A program made the position numbers and the translations under genes. Positions 28,769-40,270 of a stretch of DNA of 64,000 nucleotides are shown piece by piece. Position 1 is the stretch's first letter; every line of letters begins with the position of its first letter. The notes below the pieces were generated by a model. It was not told where the DNA came from, ran no database searches, and saw nothing but the letters and a program-made list of their open reading frames with translations. This DNA comes from an uncultured Chromatiaceae bacterium (GTDB taxonomy: Bacteria; Pseudomonadota; Gammaproteobacteria; Chromatiales; Chromatiaceae), in assembly GCA_964523415.1 (NCBI GenBank), contig CAZFZB010000001.1, positions 16,073 to 80,072 on the forward strand. The letters are read 5' to 3'.

Positions 28769-29428
28769 ATGCCATCGCCCTTCATGCCCAGGTTCGCCGA
28801 CTTGCCAGCGGAATTGCCCATCTTCCCGCTCGCTGGGGCCGTGGCCATGCCGGGGATACAACTGCCCCTGAATATCTACGAGCAGCAATACCTCAACATG
28901 ATCCAGGATGTGCTGGCAACCGATCACCTCATCGGTATGATCCAGCCCTTGAGTGGCCCAGAGGAGGTCGAGGTCCCTCCCCTACACCGGGTCGGTTGCG
29001 CTGGACGAGTCACCTCCTACAGTGAGACCAATGATGGGCGTGTCGTTATCGTCCTCACGGGGGTGTGCCGTTTCGAGGTCCAAGGGGAGCTGGAGGAGAC
29101 CCGCGGCTACCGTCGCGTCCGCGCGGTTTGGAGTCGCTTCACCAACGATTTTCTGCCAGAGGTCGGTCACCTGGTAAACCGCGATCGTTTTCTTACCTCC
29201 TTGCGCACCTATGTACGACCCCGTGGAGTCGAGATCCCTTGGGACGACCTAAAGGGTATGGAAGATATTGATTTGATAAATCTTCTGACCGCTCACCTGC
29301 CCCTGCCACCTGAGGACAAACAGGCCTTGATCGAGACCGTCGACTTGGCGGACCGAGCCGAGCTCATGCGCGGCCTCATGGACATGGCCTCGGCTTCCAG
29401 CGTAGAGGGCGTCGAACAGCGACATTGA
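28769..29428 (+). CDS. LON substrate-binding (LonN) domain protein
   Basis: LPIFPLAGAVAMPGIQLPLNIYEQQY N-terminus is typical of stand-alone Lon N-terminal domain proteins. It lies 20 nt after the GH13 gene. Confidence 0.75.
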   Translation: MPSPFMPRFADLPAELPIFPLAGAVAMPGIQLPLNIYEQQYLNMIQDVLATDHLIGMIQPLSGPEEVEVPPLHRVGCAGRVTSYSETNDGRVVIVLTGVCRFEVQGELEETRGYRRVRAVWSRFTNDFLPEVGHLVNRDRFLTSLRTYVRPRGVEIPWDDLKGMEDIDLINLLTAHLPLPPEDKQALIETVDLADRAELMRGLMDMASASSVEGVEQRH

Positions 29429-29523
29429 TTGGGCTAAGGTGAAGCCGAGAAGAGCACAACCACACTCGCGGGTCTGAGTAAACCGAGCGCCCCGCCAACT
29501 CCCATGTGATTCAGGCTTGGACG

Positions 29524-30183
29524 CTATGGGGTTCCCGAGAAATATCCAGACGCCCCCAGGACATCGGGACCGAAGACGATCTTCCCGACGGTGCCATCGT
29601 CCAGATAGAGGCCACCGATCCCGTCACGTCCGTTGCGATCGCGGACAATCTGGGCCTTACCCTTTATTCCATTGGTGCATTTAACCTGGAAAACGGCCTG
29701 GGAGTCGCCCATGAAGGCATCGTAGTCACCCTGGCAGCCGAGGCGTTCATTGTTTGCCTGAAAGTGGGCGGCGAAGGGCTGAGACCAATAGTTACCAAGG
29801 AGGATTTCATTACCGACCAGGACAGCAAAGGGACCCGAAGTGGATTCCCCAGGTACCTTAGGTTGGCGTTGGGTCTGTCGATAATGGGCCCAAGTACGAT
29901 TAACACAAGTGGTATAGTCCCCAGGATCGAGGTGACCGCATAGGAGGTCACCATATTCCTCGACCGTTACAGGGGAATAGACGGCACCCCAGCGTGCCGG
30001 CTCATCCGTGGTCCCAAAACCGGCGAAGATGCCGCAAAATCCCGAGGGCTGGTTAGCCGTTCCATCAAAGCGGTTGAATTCGGTGGCCGGACGGCGGCTA
30101 CAACAGCCGGATACCCCCACCCCCACACCGAGTAGCAGGACAAGCCAGACCCTCCAAGCACCCGCTCCGTTCAGCTCCGACAT
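29524..30183 (-). CDS. Hypothetical Cys-containing lipoprotein
   Basis: Start set at the internal ATG, giving MSELNGAGAWRVWLVLLLGVGVGVSGC (lipobox). It begins 4 nt after the stop of the upstream hydroxylase gene. Confidence 0.5.
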   Translation of the reverse strand: MSELNGAGAWRVWLVLLLGVGVGVSGCCSRRPATEFNRFDGTANQPSGFCGIFAGFGTTDEPARWGAVYSPVTVEEYGDLLCGHLDPGDYTTCVNRTWAHYRQTQRQPKVPGESTSGPFAVLVGNEILLGNYWSQPFAAHFQANNERLGCQGDYDAFMGDSQAVFQVKCTNGIKGKAQIVRDRNGRDGIGGLYLDDGTVGKIVFGPDVLGASGYFSGTP

Positions 30184-30187
30184 GAGC

Positions 30188-30862
30188 CTACAACTCCGCC
30201 CACATGCGCACCAAGTTGGCATAAGACCTGTCCACATAGCCGGTGGTGGGCGTGCCCGGCGCCTCCCTGAGCAGGGTCTCGCGGGCAAGGTTAAGCTCAT
30301 AAAGTAGTTCACGGCGGGCGGCATCGCGGACATAGCTCTGTATCCAGGTCAAGGCCACCAGGCGCTCGCCGCGGGTAACCGGGGCCACCTGGTGAAGGCT
30401 AGCGGAGGGATAAACCACGGCATCACCTGCCGGAAGCTTGACCTGCTGATCCCCGAAAGGGGTACGTACCACCAGTTCGCCACCCTCATAGCCATCCGGG
30501 GAGGTGAGAAAGATGGTCATGGAGACATCGGTACGAAAGCGCGGCCCGTTGGTGCCCATGATGGGATCGTCGACATGATCGCCATAGGTCATGCCCGGTT
30601 CATAGCGGGCGATGATGGGATCGGCGACCCGATACGGCAGGGCGCCGAAGCGAAAGGTCTCGTTATGCCCCAAGCTAGCCATAATGACGCGGATCAGCCG
30701 TCCTCTACGCTGCTCGTCGGCTTGGAGTTCAAGGTTGTTCTTGACATGGGCGGCAGCAAAACCGGCACTCAGGCGGCCATCGACAAAGGAAGCACCCCGG
30801 AGGATCTCATGAATCTTGGCCACTTGGGCAGTGTTGAGCAGGCCAGGGATGGTGAGGAGCAT
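30188..30862 (-). CDS. Fe(II)/2-oxoglutarate-dependent PKHD-type hydroxylase (PiuC/YbiX family)
   Basis: MLLTIPGLLNTAQVAKI N-terminus, HxD in YGDHVDDP and distal His in YPSASLHQV. Start set at ATG 30862. Confidence 0.8.
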   Translation of the reverse strand: MLLTIPGLLNTAQVAKIHEILRGASFVDGRLSAGFAAAHVKNNLELQADEQRRGRLIRVIMASLGHNETFRFGALPYRVADPIIARYEPGMTYGDHVDDPIMGTNGPRFRTDVSMTIFLTSPDGYEGGELVVRTPFGDQQVKLPAGDAVVYPSASLHQVAPVTRGERLVALTWIQSYVRDAARRELLYELNLARETLLREAPGTPTTGYVDRSYANLVRMWAEL

Positions 30863-30980
30863 CAGGGCTTGTCCCCCAATATACAGGGTGAGAAGGGTAC
30901 GGCGGCAAGTACCGGGGCGGGTCAGGACCCTTATTCTGATAGAATGCCTTTTTTCGTTCACTCGCGAAAGGGAAAAGGAG

Positions 30981-31583
30981 ATGCTCCTCAAAGCCATCAT
31001 CGAGGATCAAGAATTTAGTCTGGAAGTTCCTGACCAGGTCATTAGGGAGGGCGAGGCCTTTTTCGCCAAGATGGACGCCGACATGGATCAGGGTTGGCAG
31101 ATGAGTCGTGATTGGGTCGCCAACCCCAGTCCGGTCGAGCGCTGCCAGATCGTTGGCGACAAACTCCTGACGGCACTGGAGAAGGAGAATACCAAACTTG
31201 GCATCTTGATGGCCGGCTACATCCTTACCCGCCTTCCCGGCGTGGAATCCGTCACCCTGGACACCCACGGCGAGATGCAAAATAGCCTGTTTACGGTGGC
31301 CGCCAACCCCGCCACGACGCCACAGGCCACGGATCTGGCTACGACCAGTTTTCTGCCCACGCCCGCGCCCCTGGGACTGAATAAGTTCCAAGCCATGGAA
31401 CAGGCGGGTAACGACATTACCCAGGTCTTCAAGGTTGGGAAGGGCTACCGCTTTTCCGTTTACGACCATGCCAGGAGCCAATGGCAGGATGGCCCCCTGG
31501 TGACCCAAGAGGCCGACGCCGAACGCCTGCGTCAGGCTGCCTTTAAGGCCCGCTTCGAATCCTTGCAGCAAAAGTCAGGCTGA
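30981..31583 (+). CDS. Hypothetical protein (200 aa)
   Basis: ATG at 30981 is preceded by AAAGGAG. Composition is protein-like, whereas the antisense 254-aa ORF is Gly/Leu/His-rich shadow. No family recognised. Confidence 0.5.
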   Translation: MLLKAIIEDQEFSLEVPDQVIREGEAFFAKMDADMDQGWQMSRDWVANPSPVERCQIVGDKLLTALEKENTKLGILMAGYILTRLPGVESVTLDTHGEMQNSLFTVAANPATTPQATDLATTSFLPTPAPLGLNKFQAMEQAGNDITQVFKVGKGYRFSVYDHARSQWQDGPLVTQEADAERLRQAAFKARFESLQQKSG

Positions 31584-31746
31584 ACACAGGGCCGTGAAGC
31601 TCTCCAAATCCCAGCTGACAAGCTTAGGGGTGCCAGAAAGGCCGGCTCAGCGCTGCTTTCGGACTCCAACATATCCTTCTCGGTGCGGGGTTGCAGAACC
31701 CAGGTACTGAACCTTCCCCGTCGGCCTGGAAGCTTGTGACAATAGA

Positions 31747-31770
31747 GGGGCCTTACGGCCCCTTTCTCGC
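31747..31770. terminator. Hairpin terminator between convergent genes (pnp and the hypothetical gene)
   Basis: GGGGCC-TTAC-GGCCCC is followed by TTTCTCGCTT on the plus strand. It lies 25 nt beyond the pnp stop on the minus strand. Confidence 0.5.
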
Positions 31771-31786
31771 TTATAGGGATTGTGAA

Positions 31787-33874
31787 CTAACCCTGTTCCA
31801 GCGCCTTCATACTAAGGCGGATGCGGCCCTGCTTATCCACTTCCAGGACCTTGACGCGGACGACATCGCCCTCGGCCAACTTATCGCTGACGTTCTGGAC
31901 ACGTTCCTCACTGATCTGGGAAATATGGACCAGGCCGTCGCGACCGGGGAGGATGGTGACGAAGGCGCCAAAATCCATGAGACGCGCCACACGACCCTCA
32001 TAAATGGCGCCTACTTCGACATCGGCGGTGATGAGTTCGATCCGGCGCTTGGCCTCCTCGCCAGCACTCTTGATGACCGAGAAAATCTTGACCAGACCAT
32101 TGTCGTTGATATCGATAGTGGCACCTGTCTCCTCGGTGATGGCACGGATGACGGAGCCTCCCTTGCCAATGACGTCGCGGATTTTTTCCGGGTGGATCTT
32201 GAACTCGATGATGCGCGGGGCGTGCTCGGACATCTGGGCACGGTGGGAGCCGATGACCTTGTTCATTTCACCCAGGATGTGCAGACGACCAGCCTTGGCC
32301 TGATCCAGGGCGGTTTCCATGATCTCCCGGGTGATGCCCTCGATCTTGATGTCCATCTGCAAGGCATTGATGCCATCGGCGGTACCAGCGACCTTGAAAT
32401 CCATATCGCCCAGATGATCCTCATCGCCCATGATATCGGTGAGAACGGCGAAGGCCTCGCCCTCCTTGATCAGCCCCATGGCAACGCCAGCCACGGCGCC
32501 CTTGACCGGTACGCCGGCGTCCATCAGCGACAGGCTGGTGCCGCAGACGCTGGCCATGGAACTGGAGCCATTGGACTCGGTGATCTCCGAGACCACGCGT
32601 ACTGAGTAGGGGAACTCCTCAATGCTCGGCATGCATGCGAGCACACCGCGCTTGGCCAACCGGCCATGGCCGATTTCGCGCCGCTTGGGACTACCGACAC
32701 GACCCACCTCGCCCACGCAGAAGGGGGGAAAGTTGTAGTGGAGCATGAAGGACTCGCGGTGCTCCCCGTCCAGAGCATCGATGATTTGAGAATCCCTCTC
32801 GGTCCCCAGGGTGGTAATGACGAGGGCTTGCGTCTCGCCACGCGTAAAGAGGGCAGAACCGTGTGTGCGGGGCAGGACGCCGGTGCGGATGCTGATGGGG
32901 CGGACCGTCTTGGTGTCGCGGCCATCGATGCGGGGCTCGCCAGCCAGGATGCGGCTGCGAACTATCTTCATCTCCAGCTTCTCGATGGCGCCATAAACCT
33001 GACTCTGGGTCCAGGCCGTACCCTCACCACTGAGTTCAGCGTAAAGTTCGGTGCGAATGGCGTCCAAGGCATCGTAGCGGGCCATCTTCTCCTTGATGCG
33101 GTAGGCCTCACCCAGGCGATCAGCGGCGATGGCCGCAACGGCCGCGGCCAGGGCCGGGTCGGTGGTAGCCGGTGTCCAGGACAGAGGCGGCTTATTGACC
33201 TCGGCTGCCAACTCGCGGATGGCCTGGATAGCCACCTGCATCTGGGCATGGCCAAAAAGGACGGCGCCAAGCATGACCTCCTCGGACAGACCGCGGGCCT
33301 CGGATTCGACCATAAGCACCGCGTGTTCCGTGCCCGCAACGATCAGGTCCAGGTCGCTATCGGGCCCCAGACCAATTACGGAGGGGTTGAGAAGATACTC
33401 GCCATTTTTATAGCCAACCCGCGCCGCGGCGATGGGCCCATTGAAGGGTGCGCCGGAGATGGCCAGGGCCGCCGAGGCACCGATCATCGCCGGTACTTCG
33501 GGATTGACGGCGGGATTCAGGGATTTGACCGTAGCGATGACCTGCACCTCGCGACCAAAGCCATCGGCGAAGAGCGGACGGATTGGGCGGTCGATGAGAC
33601 GGGAGGTCAGGATCTCGTTCTCGCTGGGCCGGCCCTCACGGCGAAAAAAACCGCCAGGGATGCGGCCCGCCGCGTAGGTCTTCTCCTGATAGTCCACGGT
33701 TAGAGGCAGGAAGTCCTTGATCTCGGTGGCGCGCTTGTCTATCACGACAGTCACGAGAACAACGGTATCGTCGACATTGATCAGGACGGCGCCATCCGCC
33801 TGACGGGCGATCTCGCCCGTCTCCAAGGTCACGGTCTGGGCGCCCAATTGAAAGGTCTTTTTGATGTGAGTCAC
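31787..33874 (-). CDS. pnp: Polynucleotide phosphorylase
   Basis: Two RNase PH domains plus KH and S1 domains. Full-length colinearity with PNPase (695 aa). Confidence 0.95.
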   Translation of the reverse strand: MTHIKKTFQLGAQTVTLETGEIARQADGAVLINVDDTVVLVTVVIDKRATEIKDFLPLTVDYQEKTYAAGRIPGGFFRREGRPSENEILTSRLIDRPIRPLFADGFGREVQVIATVKSLNPAVNPEVPAMIGASAALAISGAPFNGPIAAARVGYKNGEYLLNPSVIGLGPDSDLDLIVAGTEHAVLMVESEARGLSEEVMLGAVLFGHAQMQVAIQAIRELAAEVNKPPLSWTPATTDPALAAAVAAIAADRLGEAYRIKEKMARYDALDAIRTELYAELSGEGTAWTQSQVYGAIEKLEMKIVRSRILAGEPRIDGRDTKTVRPISIRTGVLPRTHGSALFTRGETQALVITTLGTERDSQIIDALDGEHRESFMLHYNFPPFCVGEVGRVGSPKRREIGHGRLAKRGVLACMPSIEEFPYSVRVVSEITESNGSSSMASVCGTSLSLMDAGVPVKGAVAGVAMGLIKEGEAFAVLTDIMGDEDHLGDMDFKVAGTADGINALQMDIKIEGITREIMETALDQAKAGRLHILGEMNKVIGSHRAQMSEHAPRIIEFKIHPEKIRDVIGKGGSVIRAITEETGATIDINDNGLVKIFSVIKSAGEEAKRRIELITADVEVGAIYEGRVARLMDFGAFVTILPGRDGLVHISQISEERVQNVSDKLAEGDVVRVKVLEVDKQGRIRLSMKALEQG

Positions 33875-34124
33875 TGGAGGTTCCTCGGGGCAATGTCAGG
33901 CCGGGGCGATATGCCGCCGTTAAGGGGCCTGGCGACGCCGGCGGGGGTGTAGGGCCGGCGCGATTCGGGATGAGGTACCGGAGTGCGGGACTGAGCCTGA
34001 AAGCCCATCCCGCGGCTTGACCCCGGATAACGCAATGGGCAACATACCGGGCACCTCGCGATGCTAGGAGGCACCCAGATATCGAGGGACCCAGTTCGGG
34101 CCCCTGAGCTACCCATGACGAGGA

Positions 34125-34394
34125 TCAGCGGCGCAGACCCAGACGGGCGATCAACTCGCGATAGCGATCGACATTCTTGCCCTTAAGATAGTCAAGCAGC
34201 TTGCGGCGGGAGTTGACCATACGCACCAGACCACGACGGGAGTGATGGTCGCCCTTGTGCTGGGCAAAATGGTTACTCAGATCCAGGATCCGTGCTGTCA
34301 GCAGGGCCACCTGGACCTCAGGGGAACCCGTGTCCCCAGGTCCGCGCTTATAGTCCTCGATAACCTTGGCTTTATCGGCTGTGCTCATTGCCAT
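34125..34394 (-). CDS. rpsO: 30S ribosomal protein S15
   Basis: 89 aa, with [29 protein letters not shown]. Confidence 0.95.
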   Translation of the reverse strand: MAMSTADKAKVIEDYKRGPGDTGSPEVQVALLTARILDLSNHFAQHKGDHHSRRGLVRMVNSRRKLLDYLKGKNVDRYRELIARLGLRR

Positions 34395-34553
34395 GTTGTC
34401 TTACTCCTCTCAGGGTGTGACGACCGTGGCCCTTGACGGTGTTACCGTCAGCCCTCCGACAATGAGTTCAGGGGGCAGGGCCGTTTGTGAAGGACGACGG
34501 CCAGAAGGCCGGCCATCCCAAAAATGATTCGGGTACTACAGCGATAACCGCCC

Positions 34554-35480
34554 CTACAAGAGACGTTTTGGCTGCACCTTGCCATCATCAAGGATGCAGC
34601 CTACCCCCAGAAAGTGACGGGAGGGATCGTACAGCCGCACCAGGCCCTCGGTCGGGGCCTGAGGCACCAGTACGGCCTGGCCCTGACGCAAATAAAAGGC
34701 GGCATCAGCGGTCAGTCGCACCGCTGGCCAATGATCCAGGGCCGTATCCAGGGGTAGCAACAAGGCGTCTAGGGCCAGCATGGAACCCTCCCGGCCCGCC
34801 AAAACGATCTCCTCGATTTCATCCAAGGTCACGAAGTGGCTCTCCGACTGAACATAGGGTCCAACCCCGGTACGGCGCAGGCCGATGACGTGACCTCCGC
34901 ACCCTAGCAAGGCACCTAAATCCTCGGCCAGGGTACGCACATAGGTGCCCTTGGAGCAATGCACATCCAGTTCCAGTTCCGGTAGTGCCAAGTGGAGCAG
35001 GTCCAGGGCGTGTATGGTAACGGTGCGTGTCTGGCGCTCCACCTCGATACCTTGACGTGCGAGCTTATAGAGGCGCTCACCTTGGTGCTTGACCGCGGAA
35101 TACATGGGTGGCAGTTGTTCTATGGGTCCCAGAAAGCGCTCGAGAACCGTCCGCACCCGCTCCTCGTTCACCCCTTCCAGGGGCCGCGTCTCCAGAACCT
35201 CGCCCTCGGCATCGGCAGTCGTGGTCGTTATGCCCAACCGAATCCTGACCCGATAATGCTTGTCGGCATCGAGCAGGTAGGTGGAAAACTTGGTCGCTCC
35301 ACCCAGGCAAACCGGCAGCAAACCGGTCGCTAGAGGGTCTAGGCTCCCGGTATGGCCCGCCTTATTGGCCTGGTAAAGGCGTTTGACTCGCTGGAGGGCC
35401 TCGTTGGAGGTCAAGTTCAGCGGCTTATCCAGCAGCAAAATGCCATCGATGTCGCGGCCGAGCCTACGCCGACGCCCCAT
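34554..35480 (-). CDS. truB: tRNA pseudouridine(55) synthase
   Basis: Catalytic Asp motif GHTGSLDPLATGLLPV, with a PUA-like C-terminus. Confidence 0.9.
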   Translation of the reverse strand: MGRRRRLGRDIDGILLLDKPLNLTSNEALQRVKRLYQANKAGHTGSLDPLATGLLPVCLGGATKFSTYLLDADKHYRVRIRLGITTTTADAEGEVLETRPLEGVNEERVRTVLERFLGPIEQLPPMYSAVKHQGERLYKLARQGIEVERQTRTVTIHALDLLHLALPELELDVHCSKGTYVRTLAEDLGALLGCGGHVIGLRRTGVGPYVQSESHFVTLDEIEEIVLAGREGSMLALDALLLPLDTALDHWPAVRLTADAAFYLRQGQAVLVPQAPTEGLVRLYDPSRHFLGVGCILDDGKVQPKRLL

Positions 35481-35540
35481 AACTAACGATTCCTTAGATA
35501 AAAAATAGAAAGGTTCAATTGGGACCGGGACGACGACGTA

Positions 35541-35909
35541 TCAATCCGTATCCACCTTTATGGAGTCCATAGCCCCATCGATTAGGCTCGTCAGGTGCTC
35601 ACCCCGGGCGATAGACTCATCATGCTCGAAGTGGAGCTGCGGAATGGTCCGCAAAAGTACCCGTCGCGCCAATTGTGCCCTCAGGAAACCGGATAGTGGG
35701 CCATTCAGCAACTTTGCTTGTCCCTGGCAGGCCTCATCCAAGGGAAAGCAAGTGAAGAAGACCTTGGCCCAAGAGAGGTCGCGACTAACCCGCACCTCTT
35801 GGATGGTCACCTGCTGGAGTCGTGGGTCGCGAACCTCGTCGCGGAAAATAACCGCTAACTCTCGCTGTAGCTCCGCGCCTATCCGCTCCGTTCGATCAAA
35901 TTCCTTCAT
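35541..35909 (-). CDS. rbfA: Ribosome-binding factor A
   Basis: RTERIGAELQRELAVIF...VTIQEVRVSRDLSWAKVF. Confidence 0.9.
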   Translation of the reverse strand: MKEFDRTERIGAELQRELAVIFRDEVRDPRLQQVTIQEVRVSRDLSWAKVFFTCFPLDEACQGQAKLLNGPLSGFLRAQLARRVLLRTIPQLHFEHDESIARGEHLTSLIDGAMDSIKVDTD

Positions 35910-35940
35910 AGGCGATTCAGATCCCTAGGTAAATCCCTGC

Positions 35941-38733
35941 CTAAAGTTCGCGCTTGCGCACGGTACGTTCGAAGACCTCGATATGGTCCCCATTACGCAC
36001 ATCATTGTAATTTTTGACGCCAATGCCGCATTCCATGCCTGCCTTGACCTCACTGGCATCGTCTTTGAAGCGGCGAAGCGATTCCAGGGATCCCTCGAAG
36101 ATGACCACGTTCTCGCGCAGAACCCGGATAGGATTGTTCCGTTTGATGATACCCTCCACTACCATGCAGCCCGCGATAGCGCCGAACTTAGAGGACCGGA
36201 AGACGTCACGGACCTCGGCCAGACCAATGATGGTCTCGGTCACCTCTGGACTTAGCAGGCCAGACAGGGCCTTTTTAACGTCGTCGATCAGCTCATAGAT
36301 GATGCTGTAGTAACGGAGATCGAGTCCCTTGTCCTCCACCACTCGCCGGGCGGCGGTGTCCGCGCGAACATTGAAGCCGAGCAGTATGGCGTTCGAGGTC
36401 ACCGCCAGGTTGGCATCGGACTCGGTGATACCGCCCACACCCGTGGCCACTATCACGACCTTGACCTCGTCCGTGGAGAGTTTGTTCAGACTATCCCGAA
36501 GCGCCTCCATGCTCCCTTGGACATCGGCCTTGAGAACGATATTCACCGTCTTGGTGTCGCCTTCCTTGAGTTGAGAGAAGAGTTGATCAAGGCTGGCGAC
36601 CTTCTGATCGTCAATACGGGACTGCCGCTCCCGGCCCGCACGCAGTTCAGCAACCTCACGGGCGCGGCGCTCGTCGGCCACCACCACGACATCGTCCCCC
36701 GCATTCGGGGTACCCGAAAGGCCTAAAACCTGCACCGGAATCGAGGGGCCCGCATCCCGGACCAGCCGGCCGGTTTCGTCGAACATGGCACGTACCCGAC
36801 CAAATTCGGCGCCTGTGACAATCATGTCACCCTGATGCAAGGTGCCGGCCTGGACCAGAATGGTCGCCACCGGGCCGCGACCCTTGTCCAGACTGGATTC
36901 GACAACGGTACCGCGGGCAGGACCCGTGATCGGCGCCTTGAGTTCCAAGACCTCCGCCTGTAAAAGAACGGCCTCGAGCAGGGCATCGATACCCAAACCC
37001 GACTTGGCCGAGACCTGGACCATGATGGTATCGCCACCCCACTCCTCTGCCACCACCTCGTGCTGGGTAAGCTCCTGCATCACCCGATCCGGGTTGGCAG
37101 TGGGCTTATCCATTTTGTTGATGGCAACGACAATGGGAACCTTGGAGGCACGGGCATGCTGGATGGCCTCCACGGTCTGAGGCATGACACCGTCATCAGC
37201 CGCCACCACCAGGATGACGATATCCGTGACCTGGGCACCCCGTGCGCGCATGGCTGAGAAGGCCGCATGACCCGGGGTATCCAAAAAGGAAACCATGCCC
37301 CGGCCCGTCTCAACGTGATAGGCGCCGATATGCTGAGTGATGCCACCCGCCTCTCCCGCCGCCACCTTGGTGCGGCGGATGTAATCGAGGAGAGAGGTCT
37401 TGCCGTGGTCGACGTGACCCATGATGGTGACCACGGGCGGGCGCGCCAACTGGGCCATTTCGCCCAGTTCCCGCTCCAGTTCGAGCATGAGGGCGTCCTC
37501 GACGCTCTCCTGCTTGGCGGCAACGGCCTTGTGACCCATCTCCTCCACCAGCAGGGTGGCGGTATCCGCGTCCAGGGACTGATTGATGGTGACCGCCAGG
37601 CCCTGCTTGAACAGTTCCCGGATGACATCCGACACCTTGGCAGACATGCGCGAGGCCAGTTCGCTGACGGTAATGGTCGGGGGAATCTCGACCTCGCGTA
37701 CCACCTTCATGGTTGGACGCTGGAAGCCATGCTTATCCTGTAGCTGGGGCTTGCCGAGGCGCTTCTTGCGCCGCACGCGCCCGCCTGGGATGGAAGCCCC
37801 TATCTCCTCCTCGTATTCGGCCTGGGGCACAATGCCGTCGCGATCCCTCAGGGAATCCTTGCGCGCCGCCTTCTTGATGGAACGCTCCCGCTCCGTAACC
37901 TCAGTGCGCGGCTTGACGGCCTTGATCGGCTTCGCCTCGGCCTTGGCACCTTCCTTCCGGGCCTTGGGACGAACGGCAACCTCCTCCTCTTCCTCGATCT
38001 CTTCCTCATCCTCGCCAACGGCCTCTTCCTGGCGGGCCTTGGCCTCCACATCGGCACGACGCCGGGCCTCTTCTTCCGCCAAACGCCGGGCTTCGGCCTC
38101 CGCCTGACGACGCATCTCTTCCTCGGCACGGCGGCGGCTCTCTTCTTCCCGAGCCTGGCGCTCCTGATCTTCCTTATCCGCGAAGCGACGGGTCTCAACC
38201 TCGGCGCGACGAGCCTCCAGTTCACCTCGGCGACGAGACTCGTCGAGACGGTTGCGCGGCGGTTCGACGCGACGTCGCGGCTCGGGAGTGGCGATGGGTC
38301 GGGCCGGCGCCGAGGGCATGGTTACCTGAGTAGGCGAGGGGGACGTGGCCTCGGCCTCGCTTACCTCACCCGTACCCGGACGCTTGACGTAAATTCGCTT
38401 CTTACGCACCTCGACGCTGACGGTCTTGGCGCGGACTGCGGGAGCAGGGGCACGCGATCCCCCCCCGGGGGCGCGAGGGGTGGACGCAGGCTGACGCAAT
38501 TCACTAACAGACTTGCGTTGCAGGGTGACACGGCTGGGAGCCCCGTTGGCCTCCGTCGCATCCTGCTTGCCGTGACTGCGCCGCAGGTAGGTCAGAAGGC
38601 GCACCTTTTCCTGTTCGCTGAGTCGGGCATCACCATCGGCAACGATGATTCCCGCCTCCTTCAACTGGGTCATCAGGCGATCAACCGGGATACCCACGAT
38701 TCCGGCGAGATGTTTGACCGTCACTTCACTCAT
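35941..38733 (-). CDS. infB: Translation initiation factor IF-2
   Basis: G domain [17 protein letters not shown] and NKMD. Start placed at ATG 38733 ([10 protein letters not shown]), which has GGAGG 8 nt upstream. Confidence 0.95.
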   Translation of the reverse strand: MSEVTVKHLAGIVGIPVDRLMTQLKEAGIIVADGDARLSEQEKVRLLTYLRRSHGKQDATEANGAPSRVTLQRKSVSELRQPASTPRAPGGGSRAPAPAVRAKTVSVEVRKKRIYVKRPGTGEVSEAEATSPSPTQVTMPSAPARPIATPEPRRRVEPPRNRLDESRRRGELEARRAEVETRRFADKEDQERQAREEESRRRAEEEMRRQAEAEARRLAEEEARRRADVEAKARQEEAVGEDEEEIEEEEEVAVRPKARKEGAKAEAKPIKAVKPRTEVTERERSIKKAARKDSLRDRDGIVPQAEYEEEIGASIPGGRVRRKKRLGKPQLQDKHGFQRPTMKVVREVEIPPTITVSELASRMSAKVSDVIRELFKQGLAVTINQSLDADTATLLVEEMGHKAVAAKQESVEDALMLELERELGEMAQLARPPVVTIMGHVDHGKTSLLDYIRRTKVAAGEAGGITQHIGAYHVETGRGMVSFLDTPGHAAFSAMRARGAQVTDIVILVVAADDGVMPQTVEAIQHARASKVPIVVAINKMDKPTANPDRVMQELTQHEVVAEEWGGDTIMVQVSAKSGLGIDALLEAVLLQAEVLELKAPITGPARGTVVESSLDKGRGPVATILVQAGTLHQGDMIVTGAEFGRVRAMFDETGRLVRDAGPSIPVQVLGLSGTPNAGDDVVVVADERRAREVAELRAGRERQSRIDDQKVASLDQLFSQLKEGDTKTVNIVLKADVQGSMEALRDSLNKLSTDEVKVVIVATGVGGITESDANLAVTSNAILLGFNVRADTAARRVVEDKGLDLRYYSIIYELIDDVKKALSGLLSPEVTETIIGLAEVRDVFRSSKFGAIAGCMVVEGIIKRNNPIRVLRENVVIFEGSLESLRRFKDDASEVKAGMECGIGVKNYNDVRNGDHIEVFERTVRKREL

Positions 38734-38750
38734 GGGTATAGCCTCCGCCA

Positions 38751-40256
38751 CTAGGCACTCGCCGCCTCGGTAAACCAGGGTTCGCGCGCCTTCATAATCA
38801 ATTGGGCTGCCCGCTTATCGTCGATGCCGGCAGCTTCCACCAACTCATCCACGGATTGCTCAGCCAGATCATCCATAGTCAGGATGCCGTGACTGGCCAG
38901 GGTGTAGGCAAGGGCCTCGTCCCTATCCAGGAGGGCCAACAAATCTGCTGCCGGCTCCCGAACTAGGGTCTCTTCGCTGGCAATGGCACGGGTCAACAGG
39001 GCATCCTTGGCACTTTCGCGCAACTGGATGACCAGTTCCTCGTCAAATTCGGCGATGGCGAGCATCTCGGCCATAGGTACAAATGCCACCTCGTCGATAC
39101 TGGTGAAACCCTCCTCGACCAGCACCGTGGCTACGTCCTCGTCGACATTAAGCTGTTCCATGAAATTTTCCAGCAGCTTACGGGACTCTTGCTCGCTCTT
39201 GGAGGCCGCATCCGATTCATTCATGACATTCAGTTGCCAACCTGTAAGCTGACTGGCAAGGCGGACATTCTGGCCGCCGCGACCGATGGCCTGGGACAGA
39301 TTCTCCTCCTTGACCGCCACATCCATGCTCTTGGCATCCTCGTCGATAACGATGGAAACCACATCCGCCGGGGACATGGCGTTAATGACAAACTGGGCAG
39401 GGTTCTCATTCCAAAGGATAATATCAACCCGTTCGCCATTGAGTTCGTTCGAGACGGCCTGTACCCGGGAGCCACGCATGCCCACGCAGGCTCCGACGGG
39501 ATCGATACGGGGATCGCGACTCCGTACGGCGATCTTGGCCCGCGCCCCCGGATCCCTAGCCGCGCCCAGAATCTCGATCACACCCTCGCCAACCTCCGGA
39601 ACCTCCAATTTAAAGAGTTCGATCAACAGTTCGGGTCGGGTACGGCTGACAAGCAATTGGGGGCCGCGGGGTTGGGCACTGACCTCGTAGAGATAACCCC
39701 GCAGCCGGTCACCCAGACGAACAGACTCCCGGGGTATAACCTGATCTCGGGGGATGAGGGCCTCGGCGGTGCCTCCCAAATCCAGAATTATGGTGTTGCG
39801 CTCAGCCTTCTTGACAAGGCCCGTCACCAACTCACCCTTACGCCCCTCGTAGGCCTCTACCACCTTGGCGCGTTCGGCATCGCGCACCTTCTGCACGATG
39901 ACCTGCTTTGCGGCCTGGGCGGCGATGCGGCCACCGAGTTCGATTTCGATGGCCTCCTCGACGACATCTCCAACCTGCAAGGCGGCATCCCGGGCCCTGG
40001 CAGCGGTTAGGGCGATCTGGCTGTCGGGTATCTCCAGGTTGGCGCCCTCCTCCGGATCCTCGACCACCTCCCAGCGACGGAAGGCATGGTATTCGCCCGT
40101 AGCGCGATCGATGGCAACGCGGGCATCGGACTCACCGCCGAGCTTCTTGCGCGTGGCCGAGGCCAGGGCCGCCTCCATGGCATCAAAGATGACCTCCTTG
40201 GGTACATCTTTCTCATTCGAGACGGCCTCGACAACTAACAGGATTTCTTTACTCAT
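38751..40256 (-). CDS. nusA: Transcription termination/antitermination factor NusA
   Basis: [25 protein letters not shown]-terminus, S1 and KH domains, and C-terminal acidic repeats. Confidence 0.95.
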   Translation of the reverse strand: MSKEILLVVEAVSNEKDVPKEVIFDAMEAALASATRKKLGGESDARVAIDRATGEYHAFRRWEVVEDPEEGANLEIPDSQIALTAARARDAALQVGDVVEEAIEIELGGRIAAQAAKQVIVQKVRDAERAKVVEAYEGRKGELVTGLVKKAERNTIILDLGGTAEALIPRDQVIPRESVRLGDRLRGYLYEVSAQPRGPQLLVSRTRPELLIELFKLEVPEVGEGVIEILGAARDPGARAKIAVRSRDPRIDPVGACVGMRGSRVQAVSNELNGERVDIILWNENPAQFVINAMSPADVVSIVIDEDAKSMDVAVKEENLSQAIGRGGQNVRLASQLTGWQLNVMNESDAASKSEQESRKLLENFMEQLNVDEDVATVLVEEGFTSIDEVAFVPMAEMLAIAEFDEELVIQLRESAKDALLTRAIASEETLVREPAADLLALLDRDEALAYTLASHGILTMDDLAEQSVDELVEAAGIDDKRAAQLIMKAREPWFTEAASA

Positions 40257-40270
40257 TCATTAATCCGGAA

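Noticed and set aside
30807-31571. 254-aa minus-strand ORF competing with the 200-aa plus-strand gene
   Set aside because: The plus-strand frame has an AAAGGAG Shine-Dalgarno and protein-like composition. The minus frame is Gly/Leu/His-rich, has no ribosome-binding site, and would overlap the PiuC-like gene start.
31691-33703. 304-aa and 345-aa ORFs on the plus strand
   Set aside because: Both are antisense to pnp, which is unambiguous. They are Gly/Asp/Ala-rich shadow frames.
33875-34124. 250-nt GC-rich rpsO-pnp spacer with multiple possible hairpins
   Set aside because: This is consistent with the well-known pnp leader (RNase III-processed autoregulatory structure in E. coli). It is ordinary for this locus, and I could not define a specific stem with confidence.
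37850-38250. Repetitive Glu/Arg/Ala-rich segment (EEARRRA-like) at the DNA level
   Set aside because: It lies within the N-terminal low-complexity region of IF-2, which is a normal feature of infB and not an independent repeat element.
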